Shown here in pieces: positions 1-6,787 of a DNA stretch of 19,760 bases. The notes below the pieces were generated by a model. The model was not told the DNA's origin. It made no database searches and saw nothing but the letters and a program-made list of their open reading frames with translations. Location: the NCBI GenBank assembly GCA_039801225.1, contig JBDRUH010000025.1:1-19760 (forward strand). Direction: 5' to 3'. This DNA is from a candidate division WOR-3 bacterium. GTDB lineage: Bacteria; Hydrothermota; Tepidihabitantia; Tepidihabitantales; Tepidihabitantaceae. The first letter of the stretch is position 1, and every line of letters begins with the position of its first letter. Made by a program: the position numbers and the translations under genes.

Positions 1-23
1 TATTCAATTCAAATCAAAAAAAG

Positions 24-87
24 GCAAAAGGCAAAATGCAAATTGAAAAAGTCAAAACGATTTGAGATTTGACTTTTGGCTTTTGAC
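24..87. repeat. Inverted array of degenerate 7-nt tandem repeats (xCAAAAx arm / xTTTGxC arm)
   Basis: Left arm GCAAAAG GCAAAAT GCAAATT GAAAAAG TCAAAAC (24-58). Right arm ATTTGAG ATTTGAC TTTTGGC TTTTGAC (60-87). 47-56 AAAAGTCAAA is the exact reverse complement of 68-77 TTTGACTTTT. Confidence 0.8.
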
Positions 88-110
88 TTCCCTGTTTTGC
101 CCCCCGCCCC

Positions 111-176
111 GTTATTCCGAGCTCGGCTGACGGCTGTCAGCCTGTTCGCTAGGGACAGGCTTTAGCGAAGCAATCC
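111..176. repeat. REP-like palindromic element (GTTATTCCGA...GCAATCC) with internal overlapping hairpins
   Basis: Its ends resemble the reverse complement of 18363-18399 (GTCATTCCGA...GGAATCC). It contains the palindrome CCGAGCTCGG (117-126), the stem GGCTGAC/GTCAGCC (125-142) and the stem AGCCTGT/ACAGGCT (139-161). Confidence 0.6.
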
Positions 177-185
177 ATTACCTAT

Positions 186-208
186 GGGCAATTTATGAAT
201 TGCCCCTA
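186..208 (-). repeat. GTAG-type REP hairpin
   Basis: 8-bp perfect stem GGGCAATT-tatg-AATTGCCC (186-205) followed by TAC. The minus strand reads GTAGGGCAATTCATAAATTGCCC, i.e. a GTAG tetranucleotide plus hairpin, as in RAYT-associated REPs. Confidence 0.65.
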
Positions 209-258
209 CTTGCTGGAGAAAAACCAAAATGTCGCAAATGTATTTAACTTATTCAGAG

Positions 259-286
259 TTGACAGCAGAAGTTTTGCGATTAAATT
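259..286 (+). promoter_or_regulatory. sigma70-type promoter of the purD operon (leaderless)
   Basis: TTGACA (259-264), 16 nt, TAAATT (281-286), 6 nt, then GTG at 293. Confidence 0.75.
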
Positions 287-292
287 AAAGGG

Positions 293-1573
293 GTGAAAGT
301 TTTAGTTGTTGGCAGCGGTGGCCGGGAACATGCCTTAGTGTGGGCACTTACCCGGTTCAAACATAAGGTCTTCTGCGTGCCGGGAAATTTTGGCATCTCC
401 CGGATGGCTGAATGTGAAGACATTTACCCCCTAGACATTCCCGGAATTATCAGTTTTGCCCAGAAGAAGAAAGTTGACCTGACAATCGTTGGACCCGAGG
501 CTCCTTTAGTTGCCGGGATAGCAGATGAGTTTGAGAAGAAAGGAATTTTGCTGTTTGGTCCAAAGGCATCGGCCGCCTGTTTAGAAGGAGACAAGGCGTT
601 TGCCAAACACCTTATGGAACGATATGAAATTCCTACCGCTCGGTTTACCGTTTTTGAGGAGTTTGAACAAGCCGATGATTTTCTCAAAAAAGGCAAATTT
701 CCGTTGGTGATCAAGGCTTCAGGTTTAGCCGCGGGAAAGGGTGTAAGCGTCGTCAACTCTTATGAAGAAGGGGTAAATTTCCTCAAAAGTTCAATGAAGG
801 AGGGTAAGTTTGGCGAAGCGGGCAAAAAAGTGGTAATTGAAGAGTTCCTTTCTGGAGAGGAGTGCTCCATTATTGGGTTATGCGATGGGAAGAAGGTGTA
901 TTTCCTCCTACCTTCCCAGGATCACAAAAGGCTGCTGGATGATGATAAAGGTCCAAACACGGGCGGTATGGGTGCTTACGCACCTGTGCCCGCAGTTACC
1001 CAGGATGTTCTTAACCGTATAGTGGCAGAGGTTTTTCAACCGCTTCTAACCGCATTTGAGAAAGAGGGCATAGATTATCGCGGGGCAATTTACGCCGGTA
1101 TTATTCTTACCAGTAGTGGACCAAAGGTGCTTGAGTTCAACTGTCGTTTCGGCGACCCGGAGACTCAGGCCATCTTACCCCTTCTTGAGGTAGATTTGGC
1201 TCAAATCTGTTTTGAGTGTGCCCTTGGTAACCTGTCAAATCCAGCCCCTCCAGTCTCAACTGCCAAACGCTGGGCGGTGTGTGTGGTTGCTGCCGCTCCA
1301 GGCTATCCTGGGGATTACCAAAAAGAGCTGCCAATTTCTGGTGAACTTATCGGTGGCGAGAACACAATAGTGTTTCACGCCGGAACTAAATTAATTGATG
1401 GTAAAATAGTAACCAGCGGCGGTCGGGTGCTTGGAGTAACCGGGCTGGGAGAAACACTGGCTGAAGCACAGGAGCGGGCATACTATGGCATCGGACTCAT
1501 TCACTTTCCCAATATGCACTATCGCCATGATATCGGCGCTAAAGGTCTAAAACATCTGAAGGAAATCTCGTGA
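293..1573 (+). CDS. purD: Phosphoribosylamine--glycine ligase (GAR synthetase)
   Basis: MKVLVVGSGGREHAL N-terminus, KASGLAAGKGV, QDHKR, GPNTGGMGAY, EFNCRFGDPETQ, FHAGT and TSGGRVL motifs; 426 aa; GTG start. Confidence 0.98.
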   Translation: MKVLVVGSGGREHALVWALTRFKHKVFCVPGNFGISRMAECEDIYPLDIPGIISFAQKKKVDLTIVGPEAPLVAGIADEFEKKGILLFGPKASAACLEGDKAFAKHLMERYEIPTARFTVFEEFEQADDFLKKGKFPLVIKASGLAAGKGVSVVNSYEEGVNFLKSSMKEGKFGEAGKKVVIEEFLSGEECSIIGLCDGKKVYFLLPSQDHKRLLDDDKGPNTGGMGAYAPVPAVTQDVLNRIVAEVFQPLLTAFEKEGIDYRGAIYAGIILTSSGPKVLEFNCRFGDPETQAILPLLEVDLAQICFECALGNLSNPAPPVSTAKRWAVCVVAAAPGYPGDYQKELPISGELIGGENTIVFHAGTKLIDGKIVTSGGRVLGVTGLGETLAEAQERAYYGIGLIHFPNMHYRHDIGAKGLKHLKEIS

Positions 1574-2595
1574 GTCGGACAGTAAAACTTAAGAGTGTAA
1601 AGTCAAAGGATGTCTTTAAGGCGCTAAAGAAAGGTGAGGTTCTCTTTCCGATGATAGGAGGCTATTGTATTCTTGCGTTTAAGCGCGAGGAATTACTTCG
1701 GCGATTTGGGCATGCCTTCCGATTATTACCGGCAAATGAAATATTAGAGGATTTTAAGATTTTCCAGGGTAAACCTGCGGTGATTATTGCCGAGGATGAG
1801 GATGGCTTTTCCCCTGCTCCATCACCTCTTTTAAATGAACTGTCCAATATGGCTCCAGCCGGACTGTGGTTTAGCATCTTAGAGCCGGATGAGGAAATCA
1901 CCGACAAAAATATCGTCCTGAGAGTAGAAGACGATGAGAATGGTCCTGGACCAACAGTTGTCAACTTCCGTTTTTATCCACCGGTGGTAGAACAAAAAGG
2001 AAAATTGGGTATATTTGAACTGGAGGAAATAATAGGTAAAAGGGTCCGGATTGGCCCAAGGGTCATCTTCTCAATTCTTGTGGTATGCACCGGCAACTCC
2101 TGCCGCAGCCCAATTGCTGCCGCGCTCCTCAAAGAGGCATTTAAGAAAGAAAGGGTTATCGTAACATCAGCGGGAACACAAGCACCAGTTGGTTCATCAC
2201 CGACAAAGTTTGCCATTGAGGTGGCCCAGGAGATGGGTGTGGATGTAAGCGGACACCGGGCAAGGCTCTTGCGACCGGAAATGGTGGAAGGCGCTGATTT
2301 AGTTTTGGTGATGGAAGAAAGACATAAAGAAAGGGTCGTGGAGATGGTCCCGGAGGCCGAGGTAAAGACGAAATTTCTTGGTGGGTATCCTGACATAAAA
2401 AGGGAGATTCCTGACCCAATCGGACGCTCTATAGAAGTTTACCGTGAGGTTGGACTTTTAATGAAAGCCGGCGTTCTGCGAGTTGTTGCTGAATTAAAGG
2501 AACGCTTAGGTAAAAGTCTTGCCCCGAGCGAAGGAATTCCTCCACTAGCCGATGGCTCGGTCGGAAAGACCGGAGCCGAGGGGAAAGGAGATTAA
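1570..2595 (+). CDS. Fusion of a degenerate TsaC/YrdC-like N-terminal domain and a low-molecular-weight protein (Arg/Tyr) phosphatase
   Basis: C-terminal half has the CTGNSCRS P-loop (CX5R), SAGT, DLVLVMEERH and IPDPIG. N-terminal half keeps YrdC-like segments (ALKKGEVLFP...Y; GPTVVNF..PPVVEQKGKL...ELEE). GTGA overlap with the purD stop. Confidence 0.85.
   Translation: MSRTVKLKSVKSKDVFKALKKGEVLFPMIGGYCILAFKREELLRRFGHAFRLLPANEILEDFKIFQGKPAVIIAEDEDGFSPAPSPLLNELSNMAPAGLWFSILEPDEEITDKNIVLRVEDDENGPGPTVVNFRFYPPVVEQKGKLGIFELEEIIGKRVRIGPRVIFSILVVCTGNSCRSPIAAALLKEAFKKERVIVTSAGTQAPVGSSPTKFAIEVAQEMGVDVSGHRARLLRPEMVEGADLVLVMEERHKERVVEMVPEAEVKTKFLGGYPDIKREIPDPIGRSIEVYREVGLLMKAGVLRVVAELKERLGKSLAPSEGIPPLADGSVGKTGAEGKGD
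2520..2584 (+). repeat. 65-nt dispersed REP-like element, copy A, in frame within the 3' end of the phosphatase fusion gene
   Basis: Gapless alignment to 18349-18413, 51/65 identical by manual count. Shared blocks are TGCCCCGAGC, ATTCCTCCACT, GGCTCGGTCGGAA and CGAGGGGA. Confidence 0.9.
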
Positions 2596-2599
2596 TTGT

Positions 2600-3751
2600 A
2601 TGAACTATTTTTTCACCGAGAGTCAAAAGGAGATTAAGAACTTAGCCAGAAAGTTTGCTCAAGAAAAAATAAAACCGCTTCGTGCTGAACTGGACCGAAC
2701 CGGCGAATTCCCTTTTGAATTAATGAAAGGTCTGGCCGAACTGGGGTTGATGGGGGTTTATATCCCCGAAGAGTATGGCGGTTTTGGAGGCGGAATTATG
2801 GAGATGTGCCTGGTGGTTGAGGAACTTTCCCGAATAGACGGCGCGGTAGCATTGAGTTATGCCGCCTGCGGTCTGGGCGCATTTCCTATCATCCTTGCCG
2901 GAACTGAAGAGCAGAAGAAGAAATTCCTTCCCCGTCTTGCCCAGGGTGAACTGGCAGCGTTTGCCATTACCGAATCACAGGCGGGTTCAGATGCCAGTAA
3001 TGTTAAAACCAGGGCTATCCGGGATGGTAACCACTATGTCCTAAACGGCACAAAGCAGTTTATTACCAATGGCGGTGTAGCAAAAATCTACACAGTCATC
3101 GCAGCAACCGACCCCGACAGGGGCGCCCGAGGTCTCTCCGCCTTTATTGTTGAAGACGGCACACCGGGATTCACCTATGGTAAAGTTGAGGATAAGATGG
3201 GAATCCGTTGCTCTAAGACTTCAGAACTTATCTTCCAGGAGTGCCGGATACCAAAGGAGAACTTAATTGGCGGGAAAGAAGGAATGGGGTTCATCCACAC
3301 GATGAAAACATTTGACCGAACCCGACCCGGTGTCGGCGCTCAGGCGGTGGGAATCGCTCAAGGTGCCTTGGATGAGGCGCTGGAGTATGCCAAGACGCGA
3401 ATTCAGTTTGGTCAGCCAATCGCCAGTTTTCAAGCGGTCCAAATGATTCTAGCCGATATGGCAATTCAGATTGAAGCATCAAGAACGCTGGTCTATCAGG
3501 CGGCTCGGGCAGCCGATGCCGGAGTCAAAAACATCTCCGGGCTGGCAGCGATGGCAAAGGTGATGGCATCTGATACCGCTATGCGGGTTACTACCGATGC
3601 GGTTCAGATTTTGGGTGGCTATGGATATATGAAAGACTATCCGGTGGAGAAGATGATGCGGGATGCTAAGATTACCCAGATTTATGAAGGAACAAACCAA
3701 ATTCAGCGGTTGGTAATCGCCTCGGAGTTAATAAAAGGGACGCTCTGGTAA
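2600..3751 (+). CDS. Acyl-CoA dehydrogenase (short-chain/butyryl-CoA type)
   Basis: AFAITESQAGSDA, LNGTKQFITNG, KMGIR, RIQFGQPI, GGYGY and IYEGTNQIQR (catalytic Glu). Start moved from 2552 to ATG 2600 because of the SD AAGGAG at 2585-2590 and the family-typical start MNYFFTESQ; 383 aa. Confidence 0.95.
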   Translation: MNYFFTESQKEIKNLARKFAQEKIKPLRAELDRTGEFPFELMKGLAELGLMGVYIPEEYGGFGGGIMEMCLVVEELSRIDGAVALSYAACGLGAFPIILAGTEEQKKKFLPRLAQGELAAFAITESQAGSDASNVKTRAIRDGNHYVLNGTKQFITNGGVAKIYTVIAATDPDRGARGLSAFIVEDGTPGFTYGKVEDKMGIRCSKTSELIFQECRIPKENLIGGKEGMGFIHTMKTFDRTRPGVGAQAVGIAQGALDEALEYAKTRIQFGQPIASFQAVQMILADMAIQIEASRTLVYQAARAADAGVKNISGLAAMAKVMASDTAMRVTTDAVQILGGYGYMKDYPVEKMMRDAKITQIYEGTNQIQRLVIASELIKGTLW

Positions 3752-3763
3752 AGGAGTGATGCG

Positions 3764-5179
3764 CTGAATAACATTGAAAGCGACTGCGTAATAATCGGTG
3801 CTGGACCCGCGGGCTATGTTGCGGGAATCCGACTCGCCCAATATGGCAAGAAGGTGGTAATGGTTGAAGAGGCGAGCGTCGGAGGTGTCTGTCTGAACCG
3901 CGGCTGTATTCCAGTAAAGGCACTTCTCCACGCCGCAGGAATTGTTCGTAACTCTCTTGAAGCCCGTGGTATGGGGATAGTTTTCGGACAACCGGAAATT
4001 GATCTTTTAAGTCTGGGAACCTGGCAGCGGCGGATTGTTGAACGGCTGAGGCGAGGAATTGAGTTCCTGTTTAAAACCAACGGTGTAGAACTAATAAGGG
4101 GAAAGGCAAAGTTGCTAAAACCGAAAACGGTTGGAGTAAGGAATGATAACGGCGAAATAAAAATAACTGCGCCAAAGGTGATAATCGCCACCGGTTCTAT
4201 TCCCGCGGTTCTTCCCGGGTTAGAGCCAGACCACAAGCGCATAATTGACTCTAACTCGGCGTTAAACCTAATTGATTTGCCCCGGCAAATAATCATTATT
4301 GGCGCCGGTGCCATCGGACTGGAGTTTGCCACCATTTTTCAACGTCTGGGTTCAAAGGTCCTGGTTTTAGAGATGTGCGACTCCATTCTACCCGGAGTTG
4401 ACAAAGATATTACCAATTTGCTCCAGCGTCAGATGGAAAGGGAAGGGGTGGAGTTTCATCTCGGGGTTAAAGGAATGTCCTGCCAAATGAGCCAATCAAC
4501 AGCAGGAGTTCAGGTTTGCATTGAAGGGAAAACCCCGCTCATCGCCGATAAAATCCTTGTTGCCGCAGGCAGAAAGGCAAATACCGCTGAACTGGGTTTA
4601 GAAGAAGTGGGCATCGAACTACAGGAAACGGGTTTTATTAAAACCGACCGCTCATTCCAGACAAATGTAAAAGGGGTATATGCGATTGGTGATGTGCGGG
4701 GCGGACCAATGTTAGCCCACAAGGCGATGCATGAAGGGCTCATCCTATCAGAAAAACTTGCACCTCTTCAAAACTCAGAACTAAGAACTAAGAACCATCC
4801 TCGGGCCATTCCCTTTGTTGTTTATACCGACCCGGAGGTGGCAATTGTTGGTCTCACTGAAAGCGAGGCAAAAAATAACGGAATGGAAGTCAGCATCAGC
4901 AAAGTTCCTGTTAGTGCGGTGGGCAGGTCTTTAACCCTCGGCAGAACTGAAGGTTTATGCAAAATTATCGCCGATAGAAAAACCAAAAAGATTCTCGGTG
5001 TGGAAATTGTTGCACCTCAGGCTGATGCCTTAATTGCCGAAGCCACTTTAGCAGTAGAACTTGGTTTAACCGCCGAAGATTTAGGCAAAGTAGTTCATCC
5101 TCATCCAACAATGAGCGAACTTCTTTGGGAAGCGAGTGCAGCGGTTTTAGGGAAAGCCATCCACATTGTCAACCAATAA
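3764..5179 (+). CDS. lpdA: Dihydrolipoyl dehydrogenase (E3)
   Basis: GGVCLNRGCIP redox disulfide, GAGAIGLE NAD site and HPHPTMSE. The FAD-binding VIIGAGPAGY lies upstream of the listed GTG 3854. The frame is open back to TAA 3749, and the best start is CTG 3764, 7 nt after the SD AAGGAG (3751-3756); 471 aa. The start position is less certain than the gene call. Confidence 0.93.
   Translation: MNNIESDCVIIGAGPAGYVAGIRLAQYGKKVVMVEEASVGGVCLNRGCIPVKALLHAAGIVRNSLEARGMGIVFGQPEIDLLSLGTWQRRIVERLRRGIEFLFKTNGVELIRGKAKLLKPKTVGVRNDNGEIKITAPKVIIATGSIPAVLPGLEPDHKRIIDSNSALNLIDLPRQIIIIGAGAIGLEFATIFQRLGSKVLVLEMCDSILPGVDKDITNLLQRQMEREGVEFHLGVKGMSCQMSQSTAGVQVCIEGKTPLIADKILVAAGRKANTAELGLEEVGIELQETGFIKTDRSFQTNVKGVYAIGDVRGGPMLAHKAMHEGLILSEKLAPLQNSELRTKNHPRAIPFVVYTDPEVAIVGLTESEAKNNGMEVSISKVPVSAVGRSLTLGRTEGLCKIIADRKTKKILGVEIVAPQADALIAEATLAVELGLTAEDLGKVVHPHPTMSELLWEASAAVLGKAIHIVNQ
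4772..4795 (+). repeat. In-frame heptamer repeat (AACTCAG AACTAAG AACTAAG AAC) inside lpdA
   Basis: Three 7-nt units (21 nt). 4779-4789 AACTAAGAACT is identical to the intergenic 18294-18304. Confidence 0.75.
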
Positions 5180-5900
5180 TCGCCGGGCATTAATTGTTGA
5201 ATTGGGAGTGGTTGATTACGAAACGGGCTTAAAAATTCAATATGAACTCCACCACCTCCGGCAGAAGGGTGCTGTAGAAGATACCCTAATTCTATTGGAA
5301 CATTCACCGGTTATCACATTAGGAAGAAGAGCGGACAAAAGAAACCTGCTTGTTTCTGAACAGGAACTCACCCGAAGGGGGATTGCCCTATATAAAACTG
5401 AACGAGGCGGTGACATCACCTATCACGGACCAGGTCAGTTAGTTGGCTATTTAATCTTCCGGCTGAACCAAAGTAATATCGGCGTGCGTCGTTTTGTGGA
5501 GAAAATTGAGGAGGCGCTAATCCTGACGGTAAGAAATTTCGGGGTAAAGGCAACAATAAAACCAAAACAGATTGGCATCTGGGTGGAAGAAAAAAAAGTC
5601 GCTTCCATCGGTATCGCCGTCCGGGAAGGTATCACCCTGCACGGGTTCGCGATCAATGTGAAAAAAGACCTTTCCGGATTTTATCTCATAAACCCTTGTG
5701 GCTTAAACGCCAGCCAAATTACCGCACTTGAGGAACTAAAAGGTGAGAAAATAGCTATGAGTGATGTTCGGCAGGCGATAATAAACAGTTTTACTAATGT
5801 GTTTGGATTGACATTTCACAAGAACTTGCCCCGCAGTTTGACCTCTTTAACAAACTTGGCAAGTTCTTCCCTCATTGCCTCCGCCTCCTTAAGCGAATAA
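5166..5900 (+). CDS. lipB: Lipoyl(octanoyl) transferase
   Basis: LLEHSPVITLG, ERGGDITYHGPGQLVGY, KVASIG, LHGFAIN and INPCG (catalytic Lys and Cys). TTG start overlaps the lpdA end; the 3' end overlaps nrdG on the opposite strand. Confidence 0.95.
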   Translation: MSTNNRRALIVELGVVDYETGLKIQYELHHLRQKGAVEDTLILLEHSPVITLGRRADKRNLLVSEQELTRRGIALYKTERGGDITYHGPGQLVGYLIFRLNQSNIGVRRFVEKIEEALILTVRNFGVKATIKPKQIGIWVEEKKVASIGIAVREGITLHGFAINVKKDLSGFYLINPCGLNASQITALEELKGEKIAMSDVRQAIINSFTNVFGLTFHKNLPRSLTSLTNLASSSLIASASLSE

Positions 5901-6523
5901 GGCTTTTTCCTTTGAAAACGCTTCAGCCGGGCATTTTCCGGAACAAACTGCTGTAAAATTACTTTTTTTGCTCCCTTTAACACCGCGCCAATCTCGGCAA
6001 TGTCCTTGGGATTCACCAGCCCCGGCACAACCGTAATCCGAAACTCATAATCCATTCCAGTCTCTAATAGAAGTTTGATTGAGCGGCGAATCGCTGCTAG
6101 GGAAGGTAGTGGACGCCCGACGGCAACCGCATAACGCTCATTCAACGGCGCCTTGATATCCATCGCAACAAAGTCAACCAGTTTTAACGCCAGTGCCTCT
6201 CTCAGTGGATAGGGAAAAGAGCCATTGGTATCAATCTTTATATTTAATCCTAAATCTTTAATCCGTGAGGATAGTTCAAAAATTTCTGGATGCATTAACG
6301 GCTCGCCGCCGGTCAACACCACACCATCAAGCCAGCCAAGTTTCTGCTCCAAGGAGTCTTTAATCTCTTGCCAAGAAATACTGGGTAACTTTGGGTCATC
6401 ATTTGCTACTGTGGCATTGTGACAGAATGGACAGCAGAAGTTACAACCCCCGATGAAAAGAACTGAAGTAATTTTTCCGTCCCAGTCAACGAGAGAAGTT
6501 GGGATAAACCCGACAATACGCAT
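5816..6523 (-). CDS. nrdG: Anaerobic ribonucleoside-triphosphate reductase activating protein (radical SAM, glycyl-radical activase family)
   Basis: SLVDWDG, GGCNFCCPFCHN (CxxxCxxC), LDGVVLTGGEP, KIDTNGS, VAMDIKAP and YEFRITVVPG; 235 aa. Confidence 0.88.
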   Translation of the reverse strand: MRIVGFIPTSLVDWDGKITSVLFIGGCNFCCPFCHNATVANDDPKLPSISWQEIKDSLEQKLGWLDGVVLTGGEPLMHPEIFELSSRIKDLGLNIKIDTNGSFPYPLREALALKLVDFVAMDIKAPLNERYAVAVGRPLPSLAAIRRSIKLLLETGMDYEFRITVVPGLVNPKDIAEIGAVLKGAKKVILQQFVPENARLKRFQRKKPYSLKEAEAMREELAKFVKEVKLRGKFL

Positions 6524-6529
6524 CGCCGA

Positions 6530-6557
6530 ATATTAAATAAATTGTGCCGGTAGTCAA
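6530..6557 (-). promoter_or_regulatory. sigma70-type promoter of nrdG (leaderless)
   Basis: Minus strand: TTGACT (6557-6552), 16 nt, TAATAT (6535-6530), 6 nt, then ATG 6523; no SD. Confidence 0.75.
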
Positions 6558-6601
6558 ACTTTGTTGGCTGACGGTGGTTCCTTACCAAAAATATTGTCTT
6601 C

Positions 6602-6629
6602 TTGACCGCAATAAATAAATTTATAAAAT
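6602..6629 (+). promoter_or_regulatory. sigma70-type promoter of tRNA-Pro
   Basis: TTGACC (6602-6607), 16 nt, TAAAAT (6624-6629), 8 nt, then the mature tRNA 5' end. Confidence 0.7.
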
Positions 6630-6637
6630 TTCTCTGT

Positions 6638-6712
6638 CGGGGCGTAGCGCAGTTGGTTTAGCGCACCAGCTTGGGGTGCTGGGGGTCGCCAGTTCAAATC
6701 TGGTCGCCCCGA
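6638..6712 (+). tRNA. tRNA-Pro(GGG), CCA not encoded
   Basis: Acceptor stem CGGGGCG/CGCCCCG plus discriminator A; D stem GCGC/GCGC; anticodon arm CCAGC-TTGGGGT-GCTGG; T arm GCCAG-TTCAAAT-CTGGT. Followed by TTT, not CCA. Confidence 0.97.
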
Positions 6713-6747
6713 TTTCTCTTTTGGCTTGTTATACCGGATTACCTCCG

Positions 6748-6771
6748 GATGCAAACCTTTAAGTTTGCATC
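6748..6771. terminator. Hairpin between convergent tRNA-Pro and rplT; possible bidirectional terminator or 3' stabilising stem
   Basis: 9-bp perfect stem GATGCAAAC-ctttaa-GTTTGCATC; no U-tract on either strand. Confidence 0.4.
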
Positions 6772-6787
6772 GGCAGAGTGCCCTACT

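Noticed and set aside
100..292. Purine/ZTP riboswitch or attenuator upstream of purD
   Set aside because: No recognisable aptamer consensus; the hairpins match repeat families; the promoter lies downstream of them, 6 nt from the start codon.
2080..2500. Thioredoxin-dependent arsenate reductase ArsC (CTGNSCRS motif)
   Set aside because: It lacks the two downstream redox cysteines and has the phosphatase-type VMEERH segment; no ars genes are nearby.
2552..2599. ATG 2552 as the acyl-CoA dehydrogenase start
   Set aside because: It lies inside the 65-nt repeat. ATG 2600 has a good SD and the family-typical N-terminus.
3749..3751. Stop-codon readthrough fusing acyl-CoA dehydrogenase and LpdA (same frame, single TAA)
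   Set aside because: TAA is the least leaky stop, a strong SD follows immediately, no recoding structure is visible, and both proteins are complete alone.
6566..6574. GGCTGACGG match to 125-133
   Set aside because: Only 9 nt with no accompanying hairpin; compatible with chance.
6532..6599. NrdR boxes upstream of nrdG
   Set aside because: The best 16-mers (6532-6547, 6584-6599) miss the conserved C of the consensus and are expected by chance in AT-rich DNA. A similar single match at 9830-9845 is not near an nrd gene.
6713..6787. Integrative element at tRNA-Pro
   Set aside because: No integrase, no duplicated tRNA 3' end in the window, and rplT follows directly.
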